IMG/VR virus record: IMGVR_UViG_3300044641_005368
Location: 1-60,889 of that record
Strand: one strand, 5' to 3'
Length of the DNA: 60,889 nucleotides
Source of the DNA: a virus
Taxonomy: Duplodnaviria; Caudoviricetes
This document shows positions 18,707-27,864 of this stretch, piece by piece. Within the stretch, counting starts at the first letter, position 1, and every line of letters starts with the position of its first letter. The translations under genes were made by a program, and so were the position numbers. Under the pieces are notes generated by a model. The model was given only the letters and a program-made list of their open reading frames with translations, ran no database searches and had not been told where the DNA came from.

Positions 18707-20209
18707 TTACGCCACAGTAACGGTGGTTCCACCGTCAAACTGGCCGATCTTAATAATGATGAATTCGGCTGGACGTTGTAGCGCAACGCCAATCTCGATA
18801 TTAACTTCGCCATTATCAATGGTTGCTTGTGTATTGTTTTCAGCATCCACTTTCACAAAGAAAGCTTCGGCTGGGGTGTTACCACGTAAACCGCCTTGTG
18901 ACCAGAAGTTGGTCAAGAAGCTGCTTAGCGAGGCATCAATTCGACGCCATAGACTTGGGTCATTTGGTTCGAAAATTGCGAACTGTGTTAGGTCTACTAC
19001 AGCCTTGCGTAGGTAGATAAGAGTACGACGTACTGGTACATAACGGTCTACATAACCAGTCTTAATTGTACGAGAACCCATCACTACAATTCCAGATCCA
19101 GAAATAAATCGAATTGCGTTAACAGGCGCTCCAGCAGAGTTTAGAGAATCTAGTTCTGCATTTGTTAGTGCTGGGACAGACACTGCTCCAGCCAAACGAG
19201 CTGTAAGACCGGCAGGTGCTTTGAACACTCCACGAGAAGCATCAGTTGAAGCCATCAAACCAACAACAGCTCCGCCAGGGCCTACGATCTTAGCTGAAGC
19301 TGCTGAAGCTCCGACACCAAGAGTTGGGTCACTGATAACAAGTCGTGGGTAGTAGACAGCTGCTAGTGAGCTAGGGGTGTAGCTAGCCGCAAGCGTTAGC
19401 TGGTTAGCCACAGTGTCGTTTGCTCCGTCTACAACTACAAACACATCATCTCTAGTTTCAGCGTAAGCAATTGCAATATTAACTACAGTTGCGTCTGTGT
19501 ATCCAGGCACGTTAAGAACTAATGACTGAGGTACTGTATCAAACTCCTCAAGTGAGGCAGAGATTTGACTTGAAGTAATTGAGCTTCCGTTAGCACCAGA
19601 GGCCAATGATTGGTTGGAGATAACTGAAGGGTTCTTGTTGCTTCCAGCTGTAGCTGAGTTCTGGTCAATAGCAACAATGTATCGAGACAAGCTGTTAATC
19701 ACAGTTGGAGCATAACGTGAGTCTGTGCTAACCATTGTGATGTCTGTAAAGCGCTCTACAATGTCTGCGTCGGTGCTTCCGTTGTAGTAAACAACCAAGT
19801 CAATGTAGCCAGTTACAGTAGAGTTAACAACGCTGATGTTAATGTTGTTACCCCAGGTACCTGCGTTCTTTGACTGGATAGTAAGGGTGTTGAGTGGTGT
19901 GCCCGCACGGTCTGTGAGGGTACGTGTTGCTACTGCAGCTGAAGTCCCAACTACGCGGTTAACGTATGCCTGGCTTCCACCGTTAGCAAAGAACATGTAA
20001 ACAGCAATAGGAAGGTCATTGCTTGCTGTTGTGTTCCAAGAACCAAACTGATTTACGTATTGGCTCCATGAAGTTACAAGTGAAGGGCTGGTTGGGCCAC
20101 GATCGTTAGCGCCAACAAAAGCCGCGACGCTGTCTGAACTTGGACCAAGCACTGGTGCAATAGGGTTTAACGTTTCCTGAACGTACACCCCAGGGCGTTG
20201 ATAAGCCAT
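18707..20209 (-). CDS. Tail sheath protein
   Basis: YQRPGVYVQE, RGVFKAPAG, YVPVRR, FEPND and PAEFII motifs. Confidence 0.97.
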   Translation of the reverse strand: MAYQRPGVYVQETLNPIAPVLGPSSDSVAAFVGANDRGPTSPSLVTSWSQYVNQFGSWNTTASNDLPIAVYMFFANGGSQAYVNRVVGTSAAVATRTLTDRAGTPLNTLTIQSKNAGTWGNNINISVVNSTVTGYIDLVVYYNGSTDADIVERFTDITMVSTDSRYAPTVINSLSRYIVAIDQNSATAGSNKNPSVISNQSLASGANGSSITSSQISASLEEFDTVPQSLVLNVPGYTDATVVNIAIAYAETRDDVFVVVDGANDTVANQLTLAASYTPSSLAAVYYPRLVISDPTLGVGASAASAKIVGPGGAVVGLMASTDASRGVFKAPAGLTARLAGAVSVPALTNAELDSLNSAGAPVNAIRFISGSGIVVMGSRTIKTGYVDRYVPVRRTLIYLRKAVVDLTQFAIFEPNDPSLWRRIDASLSSFLTNFWSQGGLRGNTPAEAFFVKVDAENNTQATIDNGEVNIEIGVALQRPAEFIIIKIGQFDGGTTVTVA

Positions 20210-20247
20210 TAATTTATCTCCTTAGATTTATACAAAGATTCCATTTG

Positions 20248-20874
20248 TTATACCGAAGTGTAGCCAGAAGGGATGTTCGTTATGGTGGTGTTGATGCGTA
20301 CTTCTTCTACTTCTTGTAGAGCGTTAGCTACTTGACTTGGGGTCATTTCGCTAACTACTCTAACTGTAAACACGTTTCTGAGTAGGCGACGTCCGCCGCT
20401 TTCCTCTTCAACCGCATCACGTTTTACAAACCCATCAAGGAACATAGACCTACCGCTGTATTCAGTACCAATTTCATTTGGCACAGATAGGTATCCGAAC
20501 TTTGAGGGAAACTTATTTAATACGTCGTACATCATTGACCGGTCATGTCGCGGGTGACGAGCGTAGGTTGTTATTTGATATACAAGGTCGTAGGCGACTG
20601 GCGCTTTATATTTGTACGCACTTCCAGCAGATGGCGTTACAGTTCCGCGGTTGTCATTATCTGTAAGGTATCCAGACCATTGACGATCATTTGCGGGTGC
20701 AATATCAATCAAGTCGATAGTGATAAATGGGAACTCTTGCTTGCGGAGTTCAACGTCTGGGTAGCCAAACCACACCTTGATTTGACGATTAGTTACCTTT
20801 TCGTCATCTACAGTAAGCCCTTGCAACCAAGTCTTTAGAGCAAGGTCTTCAGCAACAATAAATGGATTACCCAT
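20248..20874 (-). CDS. Tail terminator / sheath-completion protein
   Basis: FPFITIDLID and PVAYDLVYQITTYAR; directly upstream of the sheath gene. Confidence 0.7.
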   Translation of the reverse strand: MGNPFIVAEDLALKTWLQGLTVDDEKVTNRQIKVWFGYPDVELRKQEFPFITIDLIDIAPANDRQWSGYLTDNDNRGTVTPSAGSAYKYKAPVAYDLVYQITTYARHPRHDRSMMYDVLNKFPSKFGYLSVPNEIGTEYSGRSMFLDGFVKRDAVEEESGGRRLLRNVFTVRVVSEMTPSQVANALQEVEEVRINTTITNIPSGYTSV

Positions 20875-21212
20875 TACCAGATCCCCCCATTTTCAAAGAA
20901 GTCTTCAGCTACGCGGGTTTTTAAAACTAGTGCAAGGTATTTTTGAGCTTCTGAAACAAAAGTTCTCAAAACTGGCTGAGGTAAATTGTTTAGGTTACCG
21001 TACTCTAAGTTGTCGATTTGGCTCTTAAAGTCGTCTGGATAGCTGACGTATATCTCCCCATCTTTAGAAGTGACCTCTAAAGAGTTAACAATGTCCTCAG
21101 GCCATTCGGCTAAACGAGCGCGTGAGTGGAGGCTTTTAGTTAATAAAGGTAAATGAGACTCAGCGATATCGCTGGCAAACTGTTTGGTATCAGCGCTTAG
21201 GTCTAGAGACAC
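20874..21212 (-). CDS. Putative neck/tail completion protein
   Basis: LEYG....PQPVLR motif resembles the HK97 gp10 C-terminus; position fits. Confidence 0.55.
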   Translation of the reverse strand: MSLDLSADTKQFASDIAESHLPLLTKSLHSRARLAEWPEDIVNSLEVTSKDGEIYVSYPDDFKSQIDNLEYGNLNNLPQPVLRTFVSEAQKYLALVLKTRVAEDFFENGGIW

Positions 21213-21342
21213 GTTTCAACACCTCTGCCATTGCGTAACCCTTTGCTATATTTGCGAGTATCACAGTATCGGATGGCAGATTGTCTTTAATCTGATCCAT
21301 AAACTCGGCTTCCACCGGTCTAACGATTTTACGTTCGGACAC
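21190..21342 (-). CDS. Hypothetical protein (50 aa)
   Basis: Hand translation MSERKIVRPVEAEFMDQIKDNLPSDTVILANIAKGYAMAEVLKRVSRPKR; GTG start with AGGAG RBS. Confidence 0.65.
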   Translation of the reverse strand: MSERKIVRPVEAEFMDQIKDNLPSDTVILANIAKGYAMAEVLKRVSRPKR

Positions 21343-21423
21343 TACGTCTCCTAAGAGTTAGCACAATATTTCGCAAAGGTGTTACTTTGAGCCCCGCATG
21401 GGCTCACTTAAAGCATAAACGAA

Positions 21424-21443
21424 AGGCCCCCTTTCGGGGGCCT
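21424..21443 (-). terminator. Intrinsic terminator after the microprotein cluster
   Basis: AGGCCCCC-GAAA-GGGGGCCT followed by TTCGTTT on the minus strand. Confidence 0.75.
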
Positions 21444-21448
21444 AAGCG

Positions 21449-21673
21449 CTACTTCTTTTTGTCGTCCTTGCCAGACTTTTTAATCTTCTTTATAATCTTA
21501 GCGTCGATCTTCTTATCTTCTGCCATTGTCTTTGGCTTCTTCTTGGCCGCGTGAGCTTTGTCAGCCTTTTCAAACTTAGCCTTTTCAGCAGGGCTCATGC
21601 CCTTAGTCATTGCAGCGTCCTTCTTCTTGTCCTTGGACTCTGTGTACTCGCCTTTCATAAAGCTGTTAGCCAT
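21449..21673 (-). CDS. Lys-rich microprotein 6 (74 aa)
   Basis: ORF track; TAATG overlap with the upstream ORF. Confidence 0.8.
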   Translation of the reverse strand: MANSFMKGEYTESKDKKKDAAMTKGMSPAEKAKFEKADKAHAAKKKPKTMAEDKKIDAKIIKKIKKSGKDDKKK

Positions 21674-21816
21674 TACATGCCTTTCTTTCTTACCATAGAT
21701 GCCTTCTTAGCCTTCGCAGGCGCAGCCTTCTTTGCAGCAAACTTCTTGTTCGCTTCCTTCAGAGACTTCATCCCGTGCTTGTTCTTTGGTTGGCCACAGC
21801 CGCAAGTCGCGCACAT
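21673..21816 (-). CDS. Lys-rich microprotein 5 (47 aa, MCATCGCG)
   Basis: Hand translation MCATCGCGQPKNKHGMKSLKEANKKFAAKKAAPAKAKKASMVRKKGM; TAATG overlaps at both ends. Confidence 0.8.
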   Translation of the reverse strand: MCATCGCGQPKNKHGMKSLKEANKKFAAKKAAPAKAKKASMVRKKGM

Positions 21817-21995
21817 TACTTCTTCTTCTTACGTAGGGCAGCGAAGTCAGATCCTTCTAGCTTGCCGTCTTTATCTACATCAAGTTTCTTTTGCTTAGGT
21901 GACATTCCCTTTGGAGCAGCCTTCTTTGCAGCCTTCTTTCCTTTACCAAAGCCTGGCTCACCTTTTTTCTTACCGCATCCGCACATAGCGCACAT
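21816..21995 (-). CDS. Lys-rich microprotein 4 (59 aa, MCAMCGCG, EF-hand-like loop)
   Basis: Hand translation ending QKKLDVDKDGKLEGSDFAALRKKKK; TAATG overlaps. Confidence 0.8.
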   Translation of the reverse strand: MCAMCGCGKKKGEPGFGKGKKAAKKAAPKGMSPKQKKLDVDKDGKLEGSDFAALRKKKK

Positions 21996-22159
21996 TATTT
22001 TTTCTTCTTTCTGGCAGCAGCCATATTGTCTACAAGATTAGGGTAAGGACGGCCTGCCGCTTTTGCCCGCGCCTTTGCAGATGATTTTTGGGACTTACTT
22101 AGTTTACTAGACTTTCCTGGGGTTGGGTCCTTCTTATCCCAGACTGGCTTTTCTTTCAT
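21995..22159 (-). CDS. Lys-rich microprotein 3 (54 aa)
   Basis: MKEKPVWDKKDPTPGKSSKLSKSQKSSAKARAKAAGRPYPNLVDNMAAARKKKK; TAATG overlaps. Confidence 0.8.
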   Translation of the reverse strand: MKEKPVWDKKDPTPGKSSKLSKSQKSSAKARAKAAGRPYPNLVDNMAAARKKKK

Positions 22160-22326
22160 TACTTGCCTCGCTTGTAGCTAATAGTGGCTTTTGGCTTACG
22201 CACAATGCCACCCTTCTTCTTGCGCATCTTAGATCCGCCAGTAGAGTACTTACTTTGGTCAAGCTCAATAGACAGGTTTTTTCCAGGGTTCTTACCTACA
22301 CTGTCACCAATTCTGCCTCGTGCCAT
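22159..22326 (-). CDS. Lys/Arg-rich microprotein 2 (55 aa)
   Basis: MARGRIGDSVGKNPGKNLSIELDQSKYSTGGSKMRKKKGGIVRKPKATISYKRGK; TAATG overlaps. Confidence 0.75.
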   Translation of the reverse strand: MARGRIGDSVGKNPGKNLSIELDQSKYSTGGSKMRKKKGGIVRKPKATISYKRGK

Positions 22327-22496
22327 TACTTCTTACCTTTCTTAGACATGCCGGCTTCGCTCATTGCAATAGCGACAGCCTGCTTCTTGGACTTAACAAC
22401 AGGAGCCTTCTTAGGACCTTTAGGGTCTTTACCGCTATGAAGAGTTCCTGACTTGTACTCCTTCATAACTTTTTCTACCTTCTTCTTGCCTTTCAT
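22326..22496 (-). CDS. Lys-rich microprotein 1 (56 aa, DUF6496-like)
   Basis: KVEKVMKEYKSGTLHSG...VKSKKQAVAIAMSEAG matches the DUF6496 pattern as I recall it. Confidence 0.8.
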   Translation of the reverse strand: MKGKKKVEKVMKEYKSGTLHSGKDPKGPKKAPVVKSKKQAVAIAMSEAGMSKKGKK

Positions 22497-23032
22497 TACG
22501 CTCCTTGTGCATACTGTTGGAATTGGGCGTCATTTACAAGCTCATCAGGCATAACCTGAATACATTCTAGAACAATCAAAGTACCGCGGTCATCAATGTA
22601 GCCTTCTGGCTGAGTCTTGACTGGTCGGAATACTTGACCTTTCCATACCAGACGATACCTGTTTGCATCAGAAATTCTTGGCTTAAAAGCTCCACGAGCA
22701 TCAAATAGTTGAGGAGAGGCTGCTTGCAGATCATCAATATTTAAAGTTACCTTCATGGTGTCAGCTGCGTAGAAACCGCGAGGGCTAGCTGGAGCTCCAC
22801 CTTGCTTCTGACTTACAGAAATGATTGGCATAATTACCGGACCACGCCATACGCGGCCTGCGCCAATAGGCTCTACATCGTAGATTGGGTCAACTGCAGA
22901 GGCGTCAATATCAAATGTCCACCATTCACCCTTGGTACCAAATGGGTTTGTTGCATCCCAAGTGATGCCATCACCAACTTCGTTTAGTTCCCAGTCTGTT
23001 GTAAAACGACCGCCGGGTGTAAAGGCTCTCAT
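22496..23032 (-). CDS. Putative head-closure/neck protein
   Basis: DPIYD...GRVW.GP and RYRLVWKGQVF; beta-rich, within the structural operon. Confidence 0.55.
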   Translation of the reverse strand: MRAFTPGGRFTTDWELNEVGDGITWDATNPFGTKGEWWTFDIDASAVDPIYDVEPIGAGRVWRGPVIMPIISVSQKQGGAPASPRGFYAADTMKVTLNIDDLQAASPQLFDARGAFKPRISDANRYRLVWKGQVFRPVKTQPEGYIDDRGTLIVLECIQVMPDELVNDAQFQQYAQGA

Positions 23033-24081
23033 CGGTCTCCTTCGTAGAATTCTAGATTACGCTGTAATCGCTCATCTGTAGGGTTAAGCTCAAGCGCTTT
23101 CTTACCGTATTCGCGGGCCTGCTCTACTAAACCTAAATTCCACGCAGAAATTGCAGCATAGTCGTAGACCTCAAAGCCCCAAGCAAACTCTTCAACTATG
23201 TAGTCAAGTTTCTTTTCTTTTATAAGTAGGGCATTCTCTGCCCAATCTAAACAGGTCGTGAAATCGCCCTTGCGATAGTAGTGGCCAGCAAGAAGAACCA
23301 TCGGCTCCCTGCGGCCTCCAGAAGTGGCAATTGATTTTTGGCACCACTCAACCGCGTTATCACTATCAACACGAGCCAAGTAGTTCATGGCAGAGGCACG
23401 CTCAGGTGGCCACCATGCGCTCTTCAAATCCAAGTAACGGCGAAACTCTTTGCGGGAATCTTCGTATAGACCATGAAAGTAAAGCTCTCGTGCATAGTAG
23501 AAAGCGTTGCGGTCACTCTCTGGCTCTTCATCTACCGCCATCTTAAGAAGAGGAAGATACTGACCTCTAGACTTATTATTATCTGGTCTATGGTGAATCT
23601 CAAAGTTAAAGCGTTTTCTATTTTCAGTAATTCCATAAGGATTAGGTAGTTCATGAATCGGGAACTTCCAACGGTACCCTTGACGAGAATGAACTCTAAA
23701 CCCATCAAATTCTGTACCCGGGCTACCATCGGGTAACCAGGATGTGATAAATCTATAGGTAGGCCTTGTCACTCCCTCGGCATATGCTTTCTCAAGCTCC
23801 TCACGCCAACCAGGAATAAGTACCTCATCTAAATCTAAGGCAATACAGTAGTCGATATCAGACGGTAAATAGGCTAGGGAAGCATTGCGAGCGTCATCAA
23901 ATCTCCAAGGTTTTACAGAGATATCTACGACGTGTATACCTAGCTCACGCGCAATTTCTTTAGTGCGATCAGTAGAGCCAGTGTCTGCAATCAGAAAGTA
24001 ATCTGCACCTTGGCCGGATTCCCACCAACGTTGTACGAATTGTTCCTCATTTAGTGCGATCGAATAAACCGCAACTTTCAT
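23029..24081 (-). CDS. GT2 glycosyltransferase with C-terminal TPR repeats
   Basis: IALNEE, DTGSTD, FDDARN, LDLDE (DxD) and IHE motifs; TPR-like FYYAREL and ALELNP segments. Confidence 0.92.
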   Translation of the reverse strand: MKVAVYSIALNEEQFVQRWWESGQGADYFLIADTGSTDRTKEIARELGIHVVDISVKPWRFDDARNASLAYLPSDIDYCIALDLDEVLIPGWREELEKAYAEGVTRPTYRFITSWLPDGSPGTEFDGFRVHSRQGYRWKFPIHELPNPYGITENRKRFNFEIHHRPDNNKSRGQYLPLLKMAVDEEPESDRNAFYYARELYFHGLYEDSRKEFRRYLDLKSAWWPPERASAMNYLARVDSDNAVEWCQKSIATSGGRREPMVLLAGHYYRKGDFTTCLDWAENALLIKEKKLDYIVEEFAWGFEVYDYAAISAWNLGLVEQAREYGKKALELNPTDERLQRNLEFYEGDR

Positions 24082-24092
24082 ATAGTGCTCCG

Positions 24093-24206
24093 TTATTCAG
24101 TAGGGAATACTAAATCGTATCCGATTACGTCTCCTGCTTCATTGCGCACTTCGAACTTTTCTGCGCCTGTTTCTGGGTCTACACCTAAGCTTATTTTAGT
24201 TGTCAT
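24093..24206 (-). CDS. Small protein (37 aa), possibly fibre-associated
   Basis: Hand translation [37 protein letters not shown]; TAATG overlap. Confidence 0.65.
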   Translation of the reverse strand: MTTKISLGVDPETGAEKFEVRNEAGDVIGYDLVFPTE

Positions 24207-26008
24207 TATTCAAACCTTCCCCATGGACTGAGAACGCTAGTAGTGAATGAGCTAGCTGTTGCTGGCAAGTCAGTCTGACCAGTCACCGCCGCTGTCATTC
24301 GTGGGCTTAACGCGCTAAGTGTAGACGGAATTAAGTTAAACGCGGTGTAGATAGTTCCTGGGGATGACCCAACAACAATTAAACCTAGCGCATAACGAAC
24401 TCCAGCTTGGAGGGCATATGTAGCTGGGTATCCGCCAGTTGTACTAAATGCGCGAACAAATGCGGTATTAGATGTGGCAAATAAAGAAGTATCTGAGTCT
24501 GTTCGGGCTACCAAGGTAGCTGTTCCACCGCTAAATGTGTACAAACCAATTCGAGCTAGGGTTAGCCCAGAGGAAGCTGTACCAGAAGAAGAAACAAGAA
24601 CCTCGTTAACCTCTAAGTTCCAACGTGGAGTAAAGAAAGTAAAGTATGCAACACCGCTTGCCATAGTTCCGCTGAAGTTACCGAGACGCGGGTAGACATC
24701 AATTACGGTTGCGCTTTCATTTCGTGAACCCGCTTCAGGAGTAATAACATCTTCCCAAGCAAGGCCTGAAGCTGTTGTTGAATCTGAGATTAGGTGCCAA
24801 CGGTTAGACCCTGCTGGAAGAACAGATACCGTGTTACTTGCTGTACCAACTAGTAGATCTCCCTTTGCTGTAGCAAGGTGGCTACCAAGAAGAGTTGTTG
24901 TAGCTGCGGGAACTGTTACCGTGACATCTGATACTGGGTTTGTAAAGGTAAGAGTAGTTTCAAAGTCGTTAGCAGTGCCTTCAACAACAACGCTGGAATC
25001 AGAAATATATAGCCCAGATACTGTTGGAGATGTAAGAGTTAGGCCTGAAACTGTGGTGGTAGTGTCACCAAGAGTAAGCGCAGTTGAGCCAAGAGTTAAG
25101 CCTGGGTTAGCAAGCTTAGCGTTGGTTACATTTGCATCAACAATTTTGCCAGTAGTTACTGACAAATCTGAAGGTGTGCGAGCATTAGTAAGGCGAGTAT
25201 CGTTTCCAAGAACTACCTCAGTAGAACCGGCGTCTCCAGTTGCGGCAACGTTCTTTGTTGAAGATGTGCCAAGACCAGTTACCTGTGTGTTAGCAATTGA
25301 AATTAAAGATTGATTAATGCCTACAGTCGCTGTTCCTGCATCGTAAGTAATTGGAGAGCTTGCAGCAGATACTCCTGTAGGTCCCGTCGCACCTGTAGCA
25401 CCTGTTGCTCCAACGATTTGACCACCGTCATACCAAATAGAGCCGTCCCAAATCCAAAGGTTTCCATCTGCGTCTACGATGTAAGCATCGTTAATATCGT
25501 TTCCAGTTGGAGGAAGTGCACCAGTAGTTGATACGCTGCCAATTAAAGTAATGCCAACACCTTGAGGACCTGTCGGGCCAGTAGCGCCGGTAGGGCCTTG
25601 AACAGTAGAGTCTGCGCCTGTAGGGCCAGTTGCTCCGGTAGCACCTGTTGCTCCGGTAGCACCTGTTGCTCCAGTAGCACCTGTTGCGCCGGTAGCTCCG
25701 GTAGCGCCGGTTGCACCTGTAGGGCCAATAGGCAAAGTTAAATTAAGTGTTTGATTTGGTGCGGTACCTGTAATCGTTGAGGCAGCCGTTGGACCACTAG
25801 TTACAGAGCCTATAGTTAAAGTATTTGTAGGCCCTGTTGGTCCAGTAGTTCCAGATGAGTAGGCTAGCGAGTTCCAAAGTTGCGTACCATTACCGACTTT
25901 AAACTTACCAGTATCAAACTCGTAGCCAACTTCGCCCTGTGATAAAAGAGGGTTGTTGGATGACCAGTTGGCCGCAGTATCGCGCCTTTGTTGTATCTTG
26001 ACAGCCAC
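24206..26008 (-). CDS. Tail fibre with Mtd/hyaluronidase-like N-terminus and collagen-like repeats
   Basis: [37 protein letters not shown]...W..L.Y N-terminal motif; GAT/GPT triplets. Confidence 0.85.
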   Translation of the reverse strand: MAVKIQQRRDTAANWSSNNPLLSQGEVGYEFDTGKFKVGNGTQLWNSLAYSSGTTGPTGPTNTLTIGSVTSGPTAASTITGTAPNQTLNLTLPIGPTGATGATGATGATGATGATGATGATGATGATGPTGADSTVQGPTGATGPTGPQGVGITLIGSVSTTGALPPTGNDINDAYIVDADGNLWIWDGSIWYDGGQIVGATGATGATGPTGVSAASSPITYDAGTATVGINQSLISIANTQVTGLGTSSTKNVAATGDAGSTEVVLGNDTRLTNARTPSDLSVTTGKIVDANVTNAKLANPGLTLGSTALTLGDTTTTVSGLTLTSPTVSGLYISDSSVVVEGTANDFETTLTFTNPVSDVTVTVPAATTTLLGSHLATAKGDLLVGTASNTVSVLPAGSNRWHLISDSTTASGLAWEDVITPEAGSRNESATVIDVYPRLGNFSGTMASGVAYFTFFTPRWNLEVNEVLVSSSGTASSGLTLARIGLYTFSGGTATLVARTDSDTSLFATSNTAFVRAFSTTGGYPATYALQAGVRYALGLIVVGSSPGTIYTAFNLIPSTLSALSPRMTAAVTGQTDLPATASSFTTSVLSPWGRFE

Positions 26009-26371
26009 TTAGACTCCTAACGAGTTTCCTGCATCAATAGAAGATGCGCCACCATATATTGTATTGGCTGCGCCACCATCTATGTTCTGAAAGATAGGAC
26101 CAGTTGGTCCAGTAGGGCCGGTGCTTCCTGTTGGACCGGTAGGTCCGGTTGGACCAGTTACACCTTGAATTCCTTGCGGACCAGTTGGACCTGGAACAGT
26201 AGATGTAGGACCTGTTGGACCAATCGGACCGGTGGGCCCTAACGGACCTGTAGGTCCTGTGGCACCCTGCGCCATACTGATACGCCAAACAGAACCATCC
26301 CAATACCAGGTTTGGTCACCTACGGTAAAGTTTTGATTTAATGTTGGGGAGTTTGGAAAGTCAATTGGCAC
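26009..26371 (-). CDS. Short collagen-like virion protein
   Basis: [11 protein letters not shown]...WYWDGSVW then GPT repeats and IDGG. Confidence 0.8.
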   Translation of the reverse strand: MPIDFPNSPTLNQNFTVGDQTWYWDGSVWRISMAQGATGPTGPLGPTGPIGPTGPTSTVPGPTGPQGIQGVTGPTGPTGPTGSTGPTGPTGPIFQNIDGGAANTIYGGASSIDAGNSLGV

Positions 26372-26374
26372 AAG

Positions 26375-26542
26375 TTATTCCAATATATCAAGTTCAGGAT
26401 TAACTGGTGCGTCTCCATTTACTAATTGCCAAGCCATGTACTGTGTACTATCTTCAGAAAGACGAAGTGGTATCCCTTTAATATCAAAGGTAAAGACAAC
26501 TCCTCCAGGGCTTTGCTCAAAACGAGGTTCTAATGATGTCAT
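26375..26542 (-). CDS. Small hypothetical protein (55 aa)
   Basis: Hand translation MTSLEPRFEQ...DSTQYMAWQLVNG...; AAGGAG RBS. Confidence 0.65.
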   Translation of the reverse strand: MTSLEPRFEQSPGGVVFTFDIKGIPLRLSEDSTQYMAWQLVNGDAPVNPELDILE

Positions 26543-26552
26543 TTGTCACTCC

Positions 26553-27863
26553 TTATGCGCTAAATGGGTTGTTAAAAACCCAAAAATTTTGAACTATAGT
26601 ATTAGAGTATTCGCCTATTCCAACACATAAAAATTGATTTGAAGACCCTGTTAATGATACGTGCCAAGTGTTGATAGAACCAATGTGGTTAAAATCTGGA
26701 ACAAACCGATTAAAGTCAATTACCTCTAATATTGTAATTTTATAGGTAGTTGGGTTCATAGAGAACTTTATAAGTTCGTACCCAGAAGTGCTCATAGTAA
26801 CCCAAGTGTCTGTGCCTACTGGCCAAATTTGCCTGTGCATAAACGATCTCCATGTTGGATGGTTATCAGCTGTCTCATCTACACGAGTTAAAGTGTTACC
26901 ATTTCTAACCCACATGCTGCCGTGCGCAGAGTAATAAATTTGACGCCCGTTTGAAAGCTCCAAACCCCAACCAGATATTAAACCTTCCCCGTTATTGTAA
27001 CCTAGCGCCTGCATATTTCCAGTAGCGTCGTAGCCGCCTGATAAGTTTAATAAGTCGTATTGCATACACCCAAAAGCGTCTCTAAATAAACGCATTCCAG
27101 CACCAGTTGTAGGAGAGTTATTAGCAGCTCCAAAGGGATGTAACACTGGCCACACTACGCTGTATGCTTGTCGGCTTCCAACTGAAGGGGCTTCGCTCTG
27201 TACTAACGCTACTGAAGTACCATTAAATGAATAGCTCATTCTGCGGAATAATCCTGTAGCTGTATCGTAAGTTTGAGTGTGGTGATACGCAATATTTGTA
27301 GCATTCACATAATTTCCAGGCGCTTCAAAGTTATCTTGTGGCTGTGCTTGAGGGCCGCCTGTAATAGTAGTTGCAGTAGCCGCTACAGCGTTGTTAGCAA
27401 TTCTAAATGCAGTAAATGAGTTACTACCAGCACCTGGGGAAGTATGCTGGTGCATAACATATTTGCCCATGCAGTTAATTGTTCCTGTATCAATATTTGT
27501 ATTAAGTGAAGATGTCACAGTAATACCTGCTGCGCCAGTGCCAACAGTTATTGCTCCAGTTGTTTGGTTTACAGTAAAGGGAAGAGCGTACACCTCTGCG
27601 TATGAGTCACCTATAGCATACTGTTTACCAGTAGCTACAAACTGTCCGCCACCCGTGTTATATATTCTTCTATAAACAGTAGAAGTTTGCGTGTACCCTG
27701 TTTGAGCCGAAGTCGTAAACCGTGCGGATCCAGCAAATATTTGTTTGAACGCAACAGGTTTTGTGTAAGTTCTGAGGTCTTTTCCGGGATGCTGACGCCA
27801 AACAGGGTACCGTTCATCAGCAACAGTTTTACTTAATCTACCTAAAAAAGCACCATCAGTCAT
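26553..27863 (-). CDS. Beta-rich virion protein, paralog C
   Basis: Shares PFTVNQTTGAITVGTG, LSNGRQI, PVGTDTW, NPTTYK and QFL blocks with the next two ORFs; start chosen after GGAG. Confidence 0.75.
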   Translation of the reverse strand: MTDGAFLGRLSKTVADERYPVWRQHPGKDLRTYTKPVAFKQIFAGSARFTTSAQTGYTQTSTVYRRIYNTGGGQFVATGKQYAIGDSYAEVYALPFTVNQTTGAITVGTGAAGITVTSSLNTNIDTGTINCMGKYVMHQHTSPGAGSNSFTAFRIANNAVAATATTITGGPQAQPQDNFEAPGNYVNATNIAYHHTQTYDTATGLFRRMSYSFNGTSVALVQSEAPSVGSRQAYSVVWPVLHPFGAANNSPTTGAGMRLFRDAFGCMQYDLLNLSGGYDATGNMQALGYNNGEGLISGWGLELSNGRQIYYSAHGSMWVRNGNTLTRVDETADNHPTWRSFMHRQIWPVGTDTWVTMSTSGYELIKFSMNPTTYKITILEVIDFNRFVPDFNHIGSINTWHVSLTGSSNQFLCVGIGEYSNTIVQNFWVFNNPFSA

Positions 27864-27864
27864 T

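Noticed and set aside
9271-20874. Bacterial extracellular contractile injection system or tailocin
   Set aside because: Terminase, portal, scaffold, capsid and replication genes in the same window show it is a complete myophage.
21343-21412. Riboswitch in the tail-operon leader
   Set aside because: Only a single TGAGCCC/GGGCTCA hairpin after a putative -10 box; it matches no riboswitch consensus I recognise and is more likely a 5' stabilising hairpin.
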